From Azolla caroliniana (Eukaryota > Plantae > Polypodiophyta), in contig JBHGNT010000014.1 of the NCBI GenBank assembly GCA_043228905.1, positions 7,440,001 to 7,504,000 of the forward strand: a stretch of DNA of 64,000 bases, written 5' to 3'. The translations under genes were made by a program, and so were the position numbers. Shown in pieces: positions 1 through 11,694 of the stretch (position 1 is its first letter; every line of letters starts with the position of its first letter). The notes under the pieces are model-generated. The model saw only the letters and a program-made list of their open reading frames with translations. It was not told the origin of the DNA and did not search any database.

Positions 1-510
1 TTCATGTATTGGAAATCATAATCTTGGCCATTTCATGTACGTTTGAAGGTTGTACAATGTATTATGGAACCTATAATATTATCTTACTTGCCATTGTTAC
101 CGTGGACAAAGAAGGCTTTGCATTCTATTTTGCAACCTCTTCGATATAATAGTTGTGGAAGAAAAGGGATAAGATGGGAATCACTTGGGTTGCATGGAAT
201 CATCTAGCAACTCCTAAGCGCTTGGGGGAAGTTGGAGTATTCAACTTATCTAAGTATATGATGGCTCGTAGATTTTCATTATTACAAGACGTGTTCAAAC
301 TCACAACCATGGATATCTATTGTTCAATATTTCATTGAGAACAAGGGTTTAACACATGGGAGGACAACAATTAAGGCTTCATGGTGGCAATTACTAAATG
401 GATGTATTCACTTAGGATTCTGGGCTCTACATGTGTTCAACACTTGGTTACCTCATGGCAAGAAGCACTCTTGTTATGTGTATAGAAATAATCAATTTAC
501 ACCTTAGTTC
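1..510 (+). mobile_element. Degenerate LINE (L1-like) ORF2 fragment, C-terminal to RT
   Basis: The translation W.KRDKMGITWVAWNHLATPKRLGEVGVFNL resembles the plant LINE 'W..L..PK..GGLG' motif; it is interrupted by stops. Confidence 0.55.
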
Positions 511-519
511 ATCACCCAC

Positions 520-1738
520 TTGTCGTTTGTGGAACATAAAGACTTCTCTGATGTATTTGAGAAATGTAAGGCAAATCGTTTGCCCAAACACGAGCTCTAC
601 AGCTGTCAGATCGATCTTCAAGAAGTCGCATGTCCAAAATTTGGTCCTCTATATGTGTTGTCTACACTAGAGGTAAAGGCCCTTCTACTATATCTCGATG
701 AGAACCTCATGAAAGGATTTATTCAACCTTCTAAGTCGTCGGGCGGGGCCCCCATATTATTCGTGAAGAAGAAGGACAACTCTCTACGATTATGTGTAGA
801 CTATCGAGGTAACCGTTATCTGCTCCCTCTGATTCCCAAACTCCTTGACCTGCTCCGCACTATGTGTGTCTTCTCCAAAGTTGATCTACCTGGCGAGTAC
901 AATTAGGTACACATCAAGCCTGGTAATGAATGGAAAACCGCATTCTGAGCATGGTATGGGCATTTCGAATACAAGGTAATGCCTTTCGGCCTTACTAACA
1001 CCGCAACTATTTTTCAACATATCATGAACAATATAATCCGAGAATATCTCAATCATTTCATAGTCATCTACCTTGATGATATTCTTATTTTTTCGCCAAA
1101 CATAGTGGAGCACACCCGCCAAGTCTGATTAGTTATTATTAAACTTTGGGAGCACGACCTTTATGCAAAAAGTGAGAAATCCGAGTTTGATTGTACCTCG
1201 ATTGAATTCCTGGGCTACATCATCTCACCCGTTGGCATCACGATGGATAAGAAGAAGGTCTCGGTCATTCGGGAGTGGGCAACTCCAAATCGCTTCATCA
1301 AGGGGTTTTCCACCCTAGCCCAACCTCTTATTGCCCTCACCCACAAAGGTAGTCCCTTGTTATGGTCCTTGACGGAACAAAATGCATTCGACTCACTCCA
1401 ACACGCATTGATCACTGCCCCCGTCCATGCTTTTACATGTCAACCCCACTTCCAAATCTAAACCAATGCCGCTGACTTCGCAATTGCTGCCATCTTATCC
1501 CAAGCCGACGACACCAACAAAATGCACCCAGCGGCCTACTACACCCACAAATTCATGACATCCGAAATCAATTATCCAATATACGACAAGGAGCTTGTTG
1601 TTATTATTGCTGCCTTTGAAGAATGGTGCCCCTACTTGGCCGGCACATAACACCGTGTCTAGTTAGGAACTGATCATAAGAATTTCGTTTATTTTTCACC
1701 ACTTGTACTTTGAATTGAAGGCCATTGTGGTCGACATT
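520..1738 (+). pseudogene. pol: Ty3/gypsy (Tf/Tcn1-like) RT-RNaseH remnant
   Basis: [57 protein letters not shown] and TDHKN motifs, with stops and frameshifts; cut at 1739 by a copia LTR. Confidence 0.85.
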
Positions 1739-2190
1739 TGTTGAGATACAAGCTCAACATTGGCCGAATTGGCTATGCAAGCCGAGAACCGGATCGGTTT
1801 GGACCGATCGGTTAGGTCGGATTGGTGTGTAAACCGGTGCGTAAAGTGGTGCACAAACCGGTGCGCAACAAGAGGCCGGATCGGTGTGGAAACCGGGAGG
1901 CTGTTGAACATATATTTCGCGAGGGAATATATTTGGGAGTTAGTGTAAGAGCTTAGTTATGAGCATTGAAGTACGTGTCAATACTTTTTTCAATCCGTAT
2001 GGACTTGTATAAAAGTGCTCTCTGAGCACACCCTATGTACAGAGTTCACACATTATTCGAATTTAGTTGTTTTGTGTGTTTTTCCCGCTCTGTCTCTCCC
2101 GCGTACATTGTGTCTTAAGCTCTCCATTAAACCTATTTTTCTCTATCGGTATTCTATGTTTCGTATAGCTTCCACATGCAACATTTCACA
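1739..2190 (+). repeat. 5' LTR of copia family A, copy A1
   Basis: TG...CA ends; homologous to 11246-11694; immediately followed by a PBS. Confidence 0.8.
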
Positions 2191-2202
2191 TGGTATCAGA
2201 GC
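2191..2202 (+). promoter_or_regulatory. Primer binding site, tRNA-iMet
   Basis: TGGTATCAGAGC directly after the LTR end. Confidence 0.9.
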
Positions 2203-2287
2203 GCGAGGGTTGAGAACCTCTGCATCTGACTTCAGCTCGAAACAATAAAAACCTAATCTCGGTGAAGAACAGAAAAAATAAAATAAA

Positions 2288-3141
2288 ATGGATAGAGCTA
2301 TGACTAGTTCGCTTCCAATTGAGAAGCTCGACAGAAGTAACTATGCATCTTGGTCGTACAAGATGCACTAGTACCTGCTCGGACATGGATACTAGAGCTA
2401 TGTCGATGGAGAGAAGGATGTAGCACCCGAATCGACACACAAAGACTTCCCAGCCTGGGAACAGTTGGCGAGCAGATTTCTCTACCACTTCGCATCCTGT
2501 GTGAGCGAACAACTCTTGAGCTACATTCGGGATGCAAGAACGCCGAAGGATGCTTGGGGAAATCTGAAAAAGATTTTCACCGCAAGCACCATAGCCAGGA
2601 AGCTCCAACTCCGACAAGAGTTGAGCAATGTGCGTGAACGGGACATGACGGTGGTTGACTACACCTCCAAGATAAAGGATATTTGCGACTCCCTCGCCTC
2701 CATCGATGTGAAAGGGTGCAGATCTACCTCTTAGGATTGGCGTCGAAGTTCGGAGCATTCTAAACTACTATTTCTACAAGGGAGAATACGCCATCGTTTT
2801 CCAACTTGCAGTTGATGCTCCTTGTAGAGGAGAATCACGCAGGTGCGTCAACGAGTACGCACACCGACAACAAGATACTGTACACGGAGGCAGATAGGCC
2901 CCATGGTCGTGGTGGATGAGGAAAATCAGCGTGCAATGGAGTCGACCGTCGGGAGCAAGGAAGAAGGCATCATGGTGATGCCGACAGCAATTCCGGACCC
3001 TCCGGAAGCAAGGGGAGTTGAGAACCGGCAAGGGAAACACGCCGCGGAATGTTGGTATTATGGCAAGAAAGGCCACAAGGAGAGTGAGTGTTGGAAGAAG
3101 CATGCTGATTCGGAGAAAACCGGATCCAAATCCAGACGGAC
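2288..3141 (+). pseudogene. gag: Copia A1 gag (degenerate, truncated)
   Basis: LPIEKLDRSNYASWSY start, UBN2-like TPKDAWGNLKKIF..ARKLQLRQEL, and zinc knuckle CWYYGKKGHKESEC. Confidence 0.85.
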
Positions 3142-3622
3142 TGTTACCAATTAGGAACATGGTCTACAGTCGGTCCTTCGACCTAGACCTCAAAGAGACT
3201 GTGTGACAACAAATGGTAGCGTCTGTGTGTAACCTAGTAGCGTATAAGGGATCTGGCTACAACCAAGCTCCTTAGACAGTGGGCTAGCACACACGCTGCT
3301 ACTCACACTTACGCTCTTACGACTGTGCTACGCCACCAAGGATTACAGACACACAGTAGATTAACCACAGATACACATAGATATTAGAGAAGATAGAACT
3401 CTATTAAGATACGCCTTTTAAAATCAAAATTATACGCTAGCTCTATTAGAGGTTTTCTGCCCTTTATATACGCAGGGCAAGGTCTTTTAGCTGTTCACAC
3501 TTCCCATGTGAACTGTTTACATGCGTTACAATATTACTCTATTCCATATTACTGCGCTCTTGTCCGTCGGTTACTATTCCGACGGACAACACCTGGCACG
3601 CCCGTGGGACAGTGCCATGACA
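3142..3622 (-). repeat. 3' LTR of gypsy P1
   Basis: Minus strand reads TGTCATGG...GGTAACA with a TATATAAA box; preceded by the purine tract GGAGGAAGATTAAAGGGGTGGG; homologous to 46156-46627. Confidence 0.75.
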
Positions 3623-3639
3623 CGTTGGACCCACCCCTT

Positions 3640-4560
3640 TAATCTTCCTCCAAAATGGCCATGATGTTTGATTTTGCTATGGTACAGTGTTCGTGTCCGT
3701 GGACGGCGTAGGGGGGCCCGTAGGCGCGTCGTTGTGTGGTTCCCCTACTTGGTTGGGAGGGCTTCCCATGGTGTCGCTGTCGTCCTGTGCGGGCGGTCCG
3801 GGTTCTGTTGGCTATTCTTGAGCTATTGGGGTTGGTTCAGCTGTCCGCGGGCTTGCGGTAGGTCGAGGCTTTGTTTCGTCCATCAAGTCCTCCATGATGT
3901 CGGCCGTCGTTGTACACTCTGGAGAGTGGGGTTGCGGTTCCTCTTGGTTCGGAACGTCCTCCGTGATGTCGGCCGTAAACGTATGCTCCGGTGGGTGGGG
4001 TTCCTCTTGGTCGGTGGTTTCGCTATCTAGTATTGCGGGGGACTTCGCTCGCCCTTCCGTGCTGTTCACTGTAGTGGTAATTTCTGGTGACATGGCCTGA
4101 GGTTCCTCTTGTTCGGCAGTATCCGGATTTGGTATCGCGATGGATTCCTCGTCTGGTAATACAGGTCCTCTTGACTTTCGCCAAAATCATCTAGTAGTTG
4201 CGCGAATTCCTCGGAATGTTGGTCCGCTAGCGTACGATAGTCCTGTGCTAGGTCCTCGCGTACTGCCGCAATGCTTTCTTCATTGAGTTTGTAGAACCCT
4301 CAACCATCTTTCCTTCGTTTCTCCCAGTCCGCTCGATACGTATGCAATTCTGCTGCTTGTGCAACCCACGCCATCCATCCTTTATCTAGCGCCGATTTTA
4401 ATTGTGCTGTAAACCTCTTACGATTCGTTTGCAGAAGGATGCACACGTTGTCTATTATGGCTTGGCAACAGTTGCGTGCTTGTTCTACAGATTTCTTGAG
4501 GTTTGCAATTTCTTGTTGACTAACCGCCGCCGCATCCTCATAAATGCTCCTCATTCCTAC
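3640..4560 (-). pseudogene. Extra ORF downstream of integrase (helical, then Pro/Thr/Glu-rich), function unknown
   Basis: ORF pieces 4300-4578 and 3812-4093; second copy at 46644-47072. Confidence 0.55.
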
Positions 4561-7500
4561 CCATAACGCGCTATGCAACTTGGTGTCCCAATCCGTCTTG
4601 TTCTCAATGACTATCTTTTTGAGGATAGTTTGGAGGGTTTAGTTCGTGGATTCCGCCAAGCCATTTGCCTGCGAGTAATACGACGTACTTTTCTTTTGCA
4701 CCACCGCGTAATGTTGGGTCAGTTCGCTGATGACCATATTCAGAAAGTGACTCCCTTGGTCACTAATGAGCTCGATAGGGCAGCCGAAATGACACCAGAT
4801 GTGTTCGTACAGGAATTTCGCTGTGACTGCCGCGGTATTCTTGCGTAGTGGTTTCACTTCTACCCACTTGGTGTAGTAATCCGTAACCACCAGGATGTAC
4901 TTATTGCCTGTTCGAGTGGTCGTCGGGGTAAAAGGTCCCACGAAATCTAGCCCCCACTTTTGGAAAGGATCTAGTGGCAACACTGGTTGGTGTGGCATTT
5001 TTGCGATTTCTGTGGGCTGGCCTAGTCGTTGGTATAAATCGCACTGTCTGCAATATTCATACATGTCCATTTGCGTCGTCGGCCACCAAAGTCCTGCTTG
5101 CCAAATTTTCCGGGCCGTAACATCACCCGCGTAATGTCCTCCCGCCGTACCACAATGGGCTTCGCGTAGAACCGTGGCCTTCTCATCCTGCCGTATTCCG
5201 CACCTCCAGATGCCGTCACTGCCCTTGTGGTATAGTATGTCTTCCACTAAACAGAAATTTCGACTCCGGATGGCCAGTCGTTGTTTCTCATCCATCCGTA
5301 ATTGGGGTGGCGATAACCTCGTGGTCAAGAAGTATGTCATTTCCATGAGCCACCGATCCGGGAAGGTCTTTTCCATTCGTTCTGCTAGCGTTGCTACCCG
5401 TAGAATGTCTGCATCCGAAAAGTCGTCGTCATCCCTTTGCGCCGTTTCTCCATTATCGATTCTGCTCAAAAAATTTGCCACTATGTGTTGCGTACCCGGG
5501 CAGTGCTAAATTACAAAGTCGAATTCTTGAAACAGCAACATCCATCTCGCCAATTTCCCCGTCAGCACTTGTTTCTCTACCAAATATAGCAGTGCCAAAT
5601 GATCCACGTGAAATGTGAATTTCCGCCCTAATAGATAATGCCGGAACTTATTGATGATGTAGATCATACCCAATGCCTCATGTTCCGTTGTGGAATACTT
5701 ACGCTCAGCCGTTGATAATTTCCGACTAGCATAGTACACCAGCCGGTACCAATTTGGCTCCATGAGCTGCATTAACGCACTACCTATTGCTATGTCCGAG
5801 GCATCTACGAACACGTGGAATGGCTTCGCCCAAACTGGTGGCTGTACGACGGGTGCCTATGTTAGCATTACCTTTAGCGCATCATATGCCTTCTCTTCCG
5901 TAATTGTCCATTGGAAGGGAGTCCGATGAACGGCGGCATGTAACGGCGTGGCAAAGTCCGCCAAATACCGTATCATCCGACAGTGCCATCGTATTTGTCC
6001 TAAAAACTGGCTAAGTGATTTCGCGTTTGACGGTGTTTTCGCGTGATTAATCACGGAGATTTTATTCGGATCGACCGCTATCCCTTCCTTGCTAACTATA
6101 TGGCCGAGGAGAGCCCCGCTAGTAACGCTGAAGGCACATTTGGTGGGATTCAGGCTTAAGCGTGCGGTTCGGCAACGCTCTAGGCACAATTGCAGATGCG
6201 TAAAATGGTCGGTTGTTGTCCCATATACCGCAAAATCGTCTAAAAAAACTTGCATGAAGGCCGGAATATATTCCCCAAAAATCTCCGGGATTGTCTGTTG
6301 AAATGTCGCCGGCGCCGTCTTTAGTCTGAACATCATGATGACTGCAACATAGACTCCCCAGTCCGTGAGAAATGTCATCTTCTCTTGGTCGTCGGGGTGC
6401 ATGCGTACTTGGTTGTACCCACTGAAGCCATCTAAAAAACTGTACATGTCATGCCCCGCGACGGCGTCCAATACGCTATCGGTGAAAGGTAAAGGGAATG
6501 CGTCCGTAATGGTTACGACGTTTAATTTCCGGCAGTCCATGCATACCGTATTTTACCATTTTTCTTTGGTACGACTACTATCGGGCTTAACCATGTAGCT
6601 TGTTTAACTGGTCGTATGAATCCAACCTTGAGGAGTTTGTCAATTTCTTTTTTTACGCAGGCCGCGTAGTTTGGGTTCATGCGGTATCGACGCTGCTGGA
6701 CCAAATTCGCGTTAGTTGCTAAATTGATCTTATGTTGATAGAACTTCCGATCTAACCCCTTCATGTCCTCGTGAGCCTGGGGGAACACATCTTTATACTT
6801 CCTAAGTAGTGATATCATCACGTCTCTCTGATCCGGCATTAATTCTTTTGCGATGGAGAGGAAAAGGGGTTCTGACGTCGTACTCACGTTTACTTCTTCC
6901 AGGGCTGAGGTAGTGACTCGCCGTGAAATTTCCATTTCCCTCTTGAACGCTGCTCGTGCTCTGCTTAGTTCTAATATTAACTCCGGGTTTGGTTTGTAAG
7001 CCTCGTCGTGGAGTGTAGCGGGCGTGGCATATTCCGCCGCAGTTTCGATGACGTCGATTTCGAACAGCGGAATAATCCGAGGGTGCTCGTCTAGGTATAT
7101 CTCTAATTCTATATCATCCACCCCAGCCAACATATTTATATCCTCTACGTACAATGGTGTTATGCCCGTAGGTTGTGTCGCCATTTCCTCTGTTGGTACG
7201 CAGACCTTGGTGCGTCCGCGTCGAAAGCTGGTACACTTGTGTTGCCACCTCTGCTTGATATTCACTGAACGAAGCCACGATCTGCCGAGCAACATAGGAT
7301 ACGCCCCTGGGGCGTCAAGGGTGAGGACTACCGCCGAGAGGTCGAAGCGATGTCCTCCCATGATAATGCCTACCTTGCGTATCAACCCCAATGGTCGTAT
7401 TGAGCGGGTATTCGCCATGCGAAGCCAAAATGGGCAAGCTTCCCATTCTGAAATTCCCAATTCTTCGCATGTCTTCACGTTAATTACATTAACACCCGAG

Positions 7501-7934
7501 CCGCCATCGATTACGCATCCTGGGATTTCCTGACCGTGTAGTATCAACTTAATAGCCGGGTTGTGGTGATCCACCACTGTCGGTTCGTCGCTAATGTCCG
7601 TAAAATTTGCGGCGATGCTTACCCCCGGTCTACCCGTTATCCGCTCTTCCACGGCCTGGCGGAATCTTGGGACTAGTTGCAACAGCTTCCCCATGGTTAA
7701 CGTTATCTCGCAGCCTGTCAGTGTTTGCCATATGGGGTCCGGAGATAGTCCCTCTTCCTCCAATAGCTCCATCGTGTTTGCGGACTCCTTCTGCATGCGC
7801 TCCCTCCGTATTCGCCGCGTTTGCTTTTTCAACCCATGCTTGGGCAGTCTGTTGTATCTCTCATCTTGCGTGGCCCAATCAGCATTTTTTGTTTGCTGAC
7901 GTGTCGTGACTTGCTGTACTTCCACCGTAATCAA
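4561..7934 (-). pseudogene. pol: Gypsy P1 pol (frameshifted)
   Basis: ORFs 6522-7934, 5857-6540, 5506-5814 and 4639-5481 in PR-RT-RH-INT order. Confidence 0.9.
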
Positions 7935-8092
7935 CTTTTTTCAATTATTTTAATTGTTAAATTAATAATTTATTGGGTTCTATATGGGTTGAAGAACATG
8001 TGATACTGGTGTATCAAGTTTCTATATATTGCCTAAAAAGTGCACATTTATTAAAGGAATCTAATAAAGGAATGCGCAATCCTTCCACTTAG

Positions 8093-11000
8093 TGCCAATA
8101 GTAGTGGACCCTCCACGAGTAAGGGGAGTTAGGGTCTTGGTAGAAGCCGGCAAGGAAAAGCCACCAACTGTTGGTATTGTGGCCGGAAGTGTCACAAAGA
8201 GAGTAAGTGCTAGAAGAAAAAATCGGGTTTGGACTAAGCCAAATCGGATCGTCCAGATGGAGAAAGGCATCAATGATCGCTCTACGCATTCGTAATGAAG
8301 CACAAGGAGAATTTGATGGTGGCGAACACCTCCAAATCGAACGAGGTGTGGTACGTTGATTCTAGAGCATCCAACCACATGACGAATCAGAAGGATTGGT
8401 TCTTGACTCTGGAGAAGCCGGAACAACAGAGTTTCATTGAAACCAGCTGTGACACCCCTCACCCCATCGAACACATCGAAGACATCCCTGTTAGCCATGT
8501 AGGCCAAAGAGGAATAATGACGAATTTTCTGCATGTCCCGACAATCACTGTTGATCCATTTGGATGTTTGGGGGCTGGCACAAAACGTGAGTGTTAGCGG
8601 ACCTGGATAACATGGTGTCGAATATCTGGTCCTTTGCTTATTCGACTCAAGGTCTTGTGTTCGGCGAAAGGAGTTAGTATCGCTTCGAATTGTTCGGGGT
8701 CTCCGAACTGTATGGACTTACGTATGAATCAAACAGAGAATTGATGGCGCGACTATGGAGATGACCAAGACGGCTACAACGAACTGGTTATGCAACATTT
8801 AGGCAGGACGTGGAAGACTCAACATAGAGAAGACACGACAAAGTAACTGTCTTTGAGTATCAAGGCAAAACAGAATTATATTACAAGCGCAATGTTACAG
8901 TGTATTCTATTAACTTTTACAAGATTCCCATGGCCCTTTTATAGTGTTCATGACAGTTACTACTGTGCATGAACCGTTATTGTGTATTCAATACTTTACT
9001 ATTTTTCTACTCCCTATTTCCTACTCTCGCTTCACTCGGTCCTACCCACTACTAATTTGACTCATAACCATTTTCCGCCCCTTCCACACTTGGTCATCCG
9101 AACTAGCCAACAATGAGCATCAGTGGTAGCCATTGCTTTGTAACCTTCATCGACAACTATACTCGACATACCTGGGCATGTCTCATCGAGAAGAAGAGCA
9201 AATTCTTCTCTTGTTTCTTGAAGTTGAAGAGTCTTGACGAACGAGATATTAGCCGAAACATCATATATATGCCTTAGGACCGATGGTGGAAAAGAATATT
9301 TTTCCAACCAATTCTCAAGCTATCTGCAGAAGGAAGGAATTTGATAGCCACAAATATATGCCGGAGAATAACGGCGTAGCCTCGTGGAAGAATTTGACAA
9401 TTGACGAAGCGGCTAGGGCAATTCTTGAAGAAAAGCACGTGCCCAAGTTCTACTACGCCGAAGTCATTAAGACGGTTGTATAGCTACAGAATTGGACATC
9501 TACAAATAGAGGAATGTCGTCACATGAGCTATATTTTGGGTGAAAGCTGAATTTGGGATACTTGAGGGTGTTCGGCAGCATCACATACGTGCATGTGCCG
9601 AAAGAGAAGTGAAGCAAGTTGGATGCCAAAGCCGAGAAGTGCATTATTGTCGGCTAATCGGAGAGCAGAAGGGCTATAAGTGTTATAACCCCTGGACGAA
9701 ACAGGTTCGAGTTAGTCGTGATGTTGTATTTGACGAATTGGGTTCATGGTACTTGCCTTTGTCTACAACCCCCTTGTTCGGCTACCGAGTTTTGAGGATC
9801 AGTCCAATGAGGCCGACTTCATGATTGAGGAAGAAATTGGCACTCGAGAGAAGAGTCCAATCTCATTTCAGCTAAGCGGGCTGAATGAGGGGATGAGCCC
9901 GATGAGGAGTTGGCCAATAGTGGAGACTTGTCCATGCAATTCCCACGTATGAAGCGGAGGAGGCAACTTACCCACAAAAAGAAGGGGAAGAAGATGATGA
10001 TGAAATACGGCACAGATGCGAGCATGTTAGATCGGAGTGAATGCAACGAGGCCAGGACTGAAGACAAACCTCAAGAATGGAGAGTGGAGGTCGGAATCGT
10101 CCAAGAGGGCCTTGAAGACGGCCAACGAAAGGTTGCGCCGATCAACCTGCCAGAAGAAAACAGACATCTAGTATGGGTATAATGAGTACATGACGCACCA
10201 TTATGCATACACGACCAAAGTGGCGGAGATACATGAGCCAGAGAGCTATGTGGACGCCTCGCATGATGCCAAATGCAGAGTGGTCATGGAGGAAGAGATT
10301 CATGCACTAACTGAAAATGAGACATCGAACCTTGTTGACCTCCAAAAAGGATTAAAGACGATTGGATGCAGGTTTGTGTATAAGGTAAAATACAACACCG
10401 ACAACTCGGTCAACAAGTACAAGTCCCAACTTGTGGCTAAGGGCTATGCGCAACTACACGGTATCAACTATGATGAGGCCTTCACGAAGATGAAAACCGT
10501 CCACATTTTCCTAGCTATAGTATTGACAAAGGGGTGGAATCTACATCAAATGGATGTAAGGGAACACATTCCTGCAAGGCAAGCTTGAGGAAAATGTGTA
10601 CACGGTACAACCCCCCGATTTTCTATACGAGTTGCACACATTGGCAGTTTGCAGACTGAGGAAGTTCCTTTACGGACTCAAGCAAGCCCCAAAAGCGTGG
10701 AATGCAAAGATCTCGTAGAGATTGTGTCGGATGGGGTTTGCTCCATCTCAGTCGGACTCGTCTTTGTTCATCCGACAAGATCAGCTCCGCCCGGTGTACA
10801 TATTACTCTATGTGGATGACTTGGTCATCGTCAGTGCCGACCCGGAGGAAATCGACCACATGAAGTCTCAATTGGCGGCATCGTTTGAGATGAAGGACTT
10901 GGGGGACCTTCATTTCTTCCTCATGATCAAAGTGATCTGCACCTCGAAAGATGTAGTGATCAGTCAACGACACTATGTATTGAGTATGTGCTTCAAGTTC

Positions 11001-11245
11001 AAAATGACGGATTGTAAATCCGTCGCAAATCCTCTACAAAGAAATGTTAAGCTTCGCCAAGGATCGGGAACGGCATACAACGTGACATAGTTTCGATAGA
11101 TTGTCAGAAGCCTCATATACTTGACTATCACCCGGCCGGACTTGAGCTATCTGATCGGATTGATCAATCAATTTATGTTGTAACCTACCATTGAACACCT
11201 TCAGTGCACTCAAAGGATCTTGAGATATATGAGCGGCACGAAGGA
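8093..11245 (+). mobile_element. Copia family A copy A2, internal remnant (gag end, PR, INT, RT)
   Basis: VWYVDSRASNHMT protease, TFIDNYTRHTW integrase, LVAKGYAQLHGINYDE and ILLYVDDLVI RT; many stops. Confidence 0.85.
8592..9112 (-). repeat. Solo LTR (521 bp) inserted in copia A2 integrase
   Basis: TGTTAG...CCAACA flanked by GTGAG/ATGAG (5-bp TSD, 1 mismatch); the host motif LIH.DVWG..QN.S resumes across it; TATA-like box on the minus strand near 8940. Confidence 0.75.
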
Positions 11246-11559
11246 TGTTGAGAGACAAGCTCAACATGGGCTGAATCGACTGAAGAAGCCAAAAGCTGAA
11301 GGAACCGAGAACCAAGGGCCGAGGGCTGCAGGCTATGAGCCTAGTCGAAAGGATTCCGAAAGGTTGTTGAGGGTCTATATTTCTATTATAGTAAATAGGA
11401 ATATTGTAGGCAGAATTAGTGTCAGGCTCATTTATGCGCATTCAAGTACTGATGGTACTTGTGTCAGCCCACTTGCTAGGGGCTTGTATAAAAAGCGTTC
11501 ACTGAGCACAATTTATGTACATAGAGAGTTTTTATTATTCGCAATAAAAATTATTGTCT

Positions 11560-11603
<44 letters not shown>

Positions 11604-11694
11604 ACCATTCTCTATGTTTACCTAAAACTATCGAGTTTCTGATCTGTGTACTCAGTGTCTATCGCATATGCTTCCGCACACGTATTCTTTTACA
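11246..11694 (+). repeat. 5' LTR of copia A3, containing a (CT)n tract at 11560-11598
   Basis: TGTTGAG...TTACA followed by the degenerate PBS TGGTATCACAG; similar to 1739-2190. Confidence 0.8.

Larger units (their letters stand above)
3142..7934 (-). mobile_element. Gypsy element P1 (non-chromovirus, Athila/Tat/Phygy-like), 5'-truncated: PR-RT-RH-INT, extra ORF and 3' LTR
   Basis: Minus-strand VIDGGSGVNVI protease, FLDGFSGYNQ and VFLDDF RT, VDASDIAIG RNaseH, HHCC and KWGLDFVGPF integrase. Confidence 0.9.
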
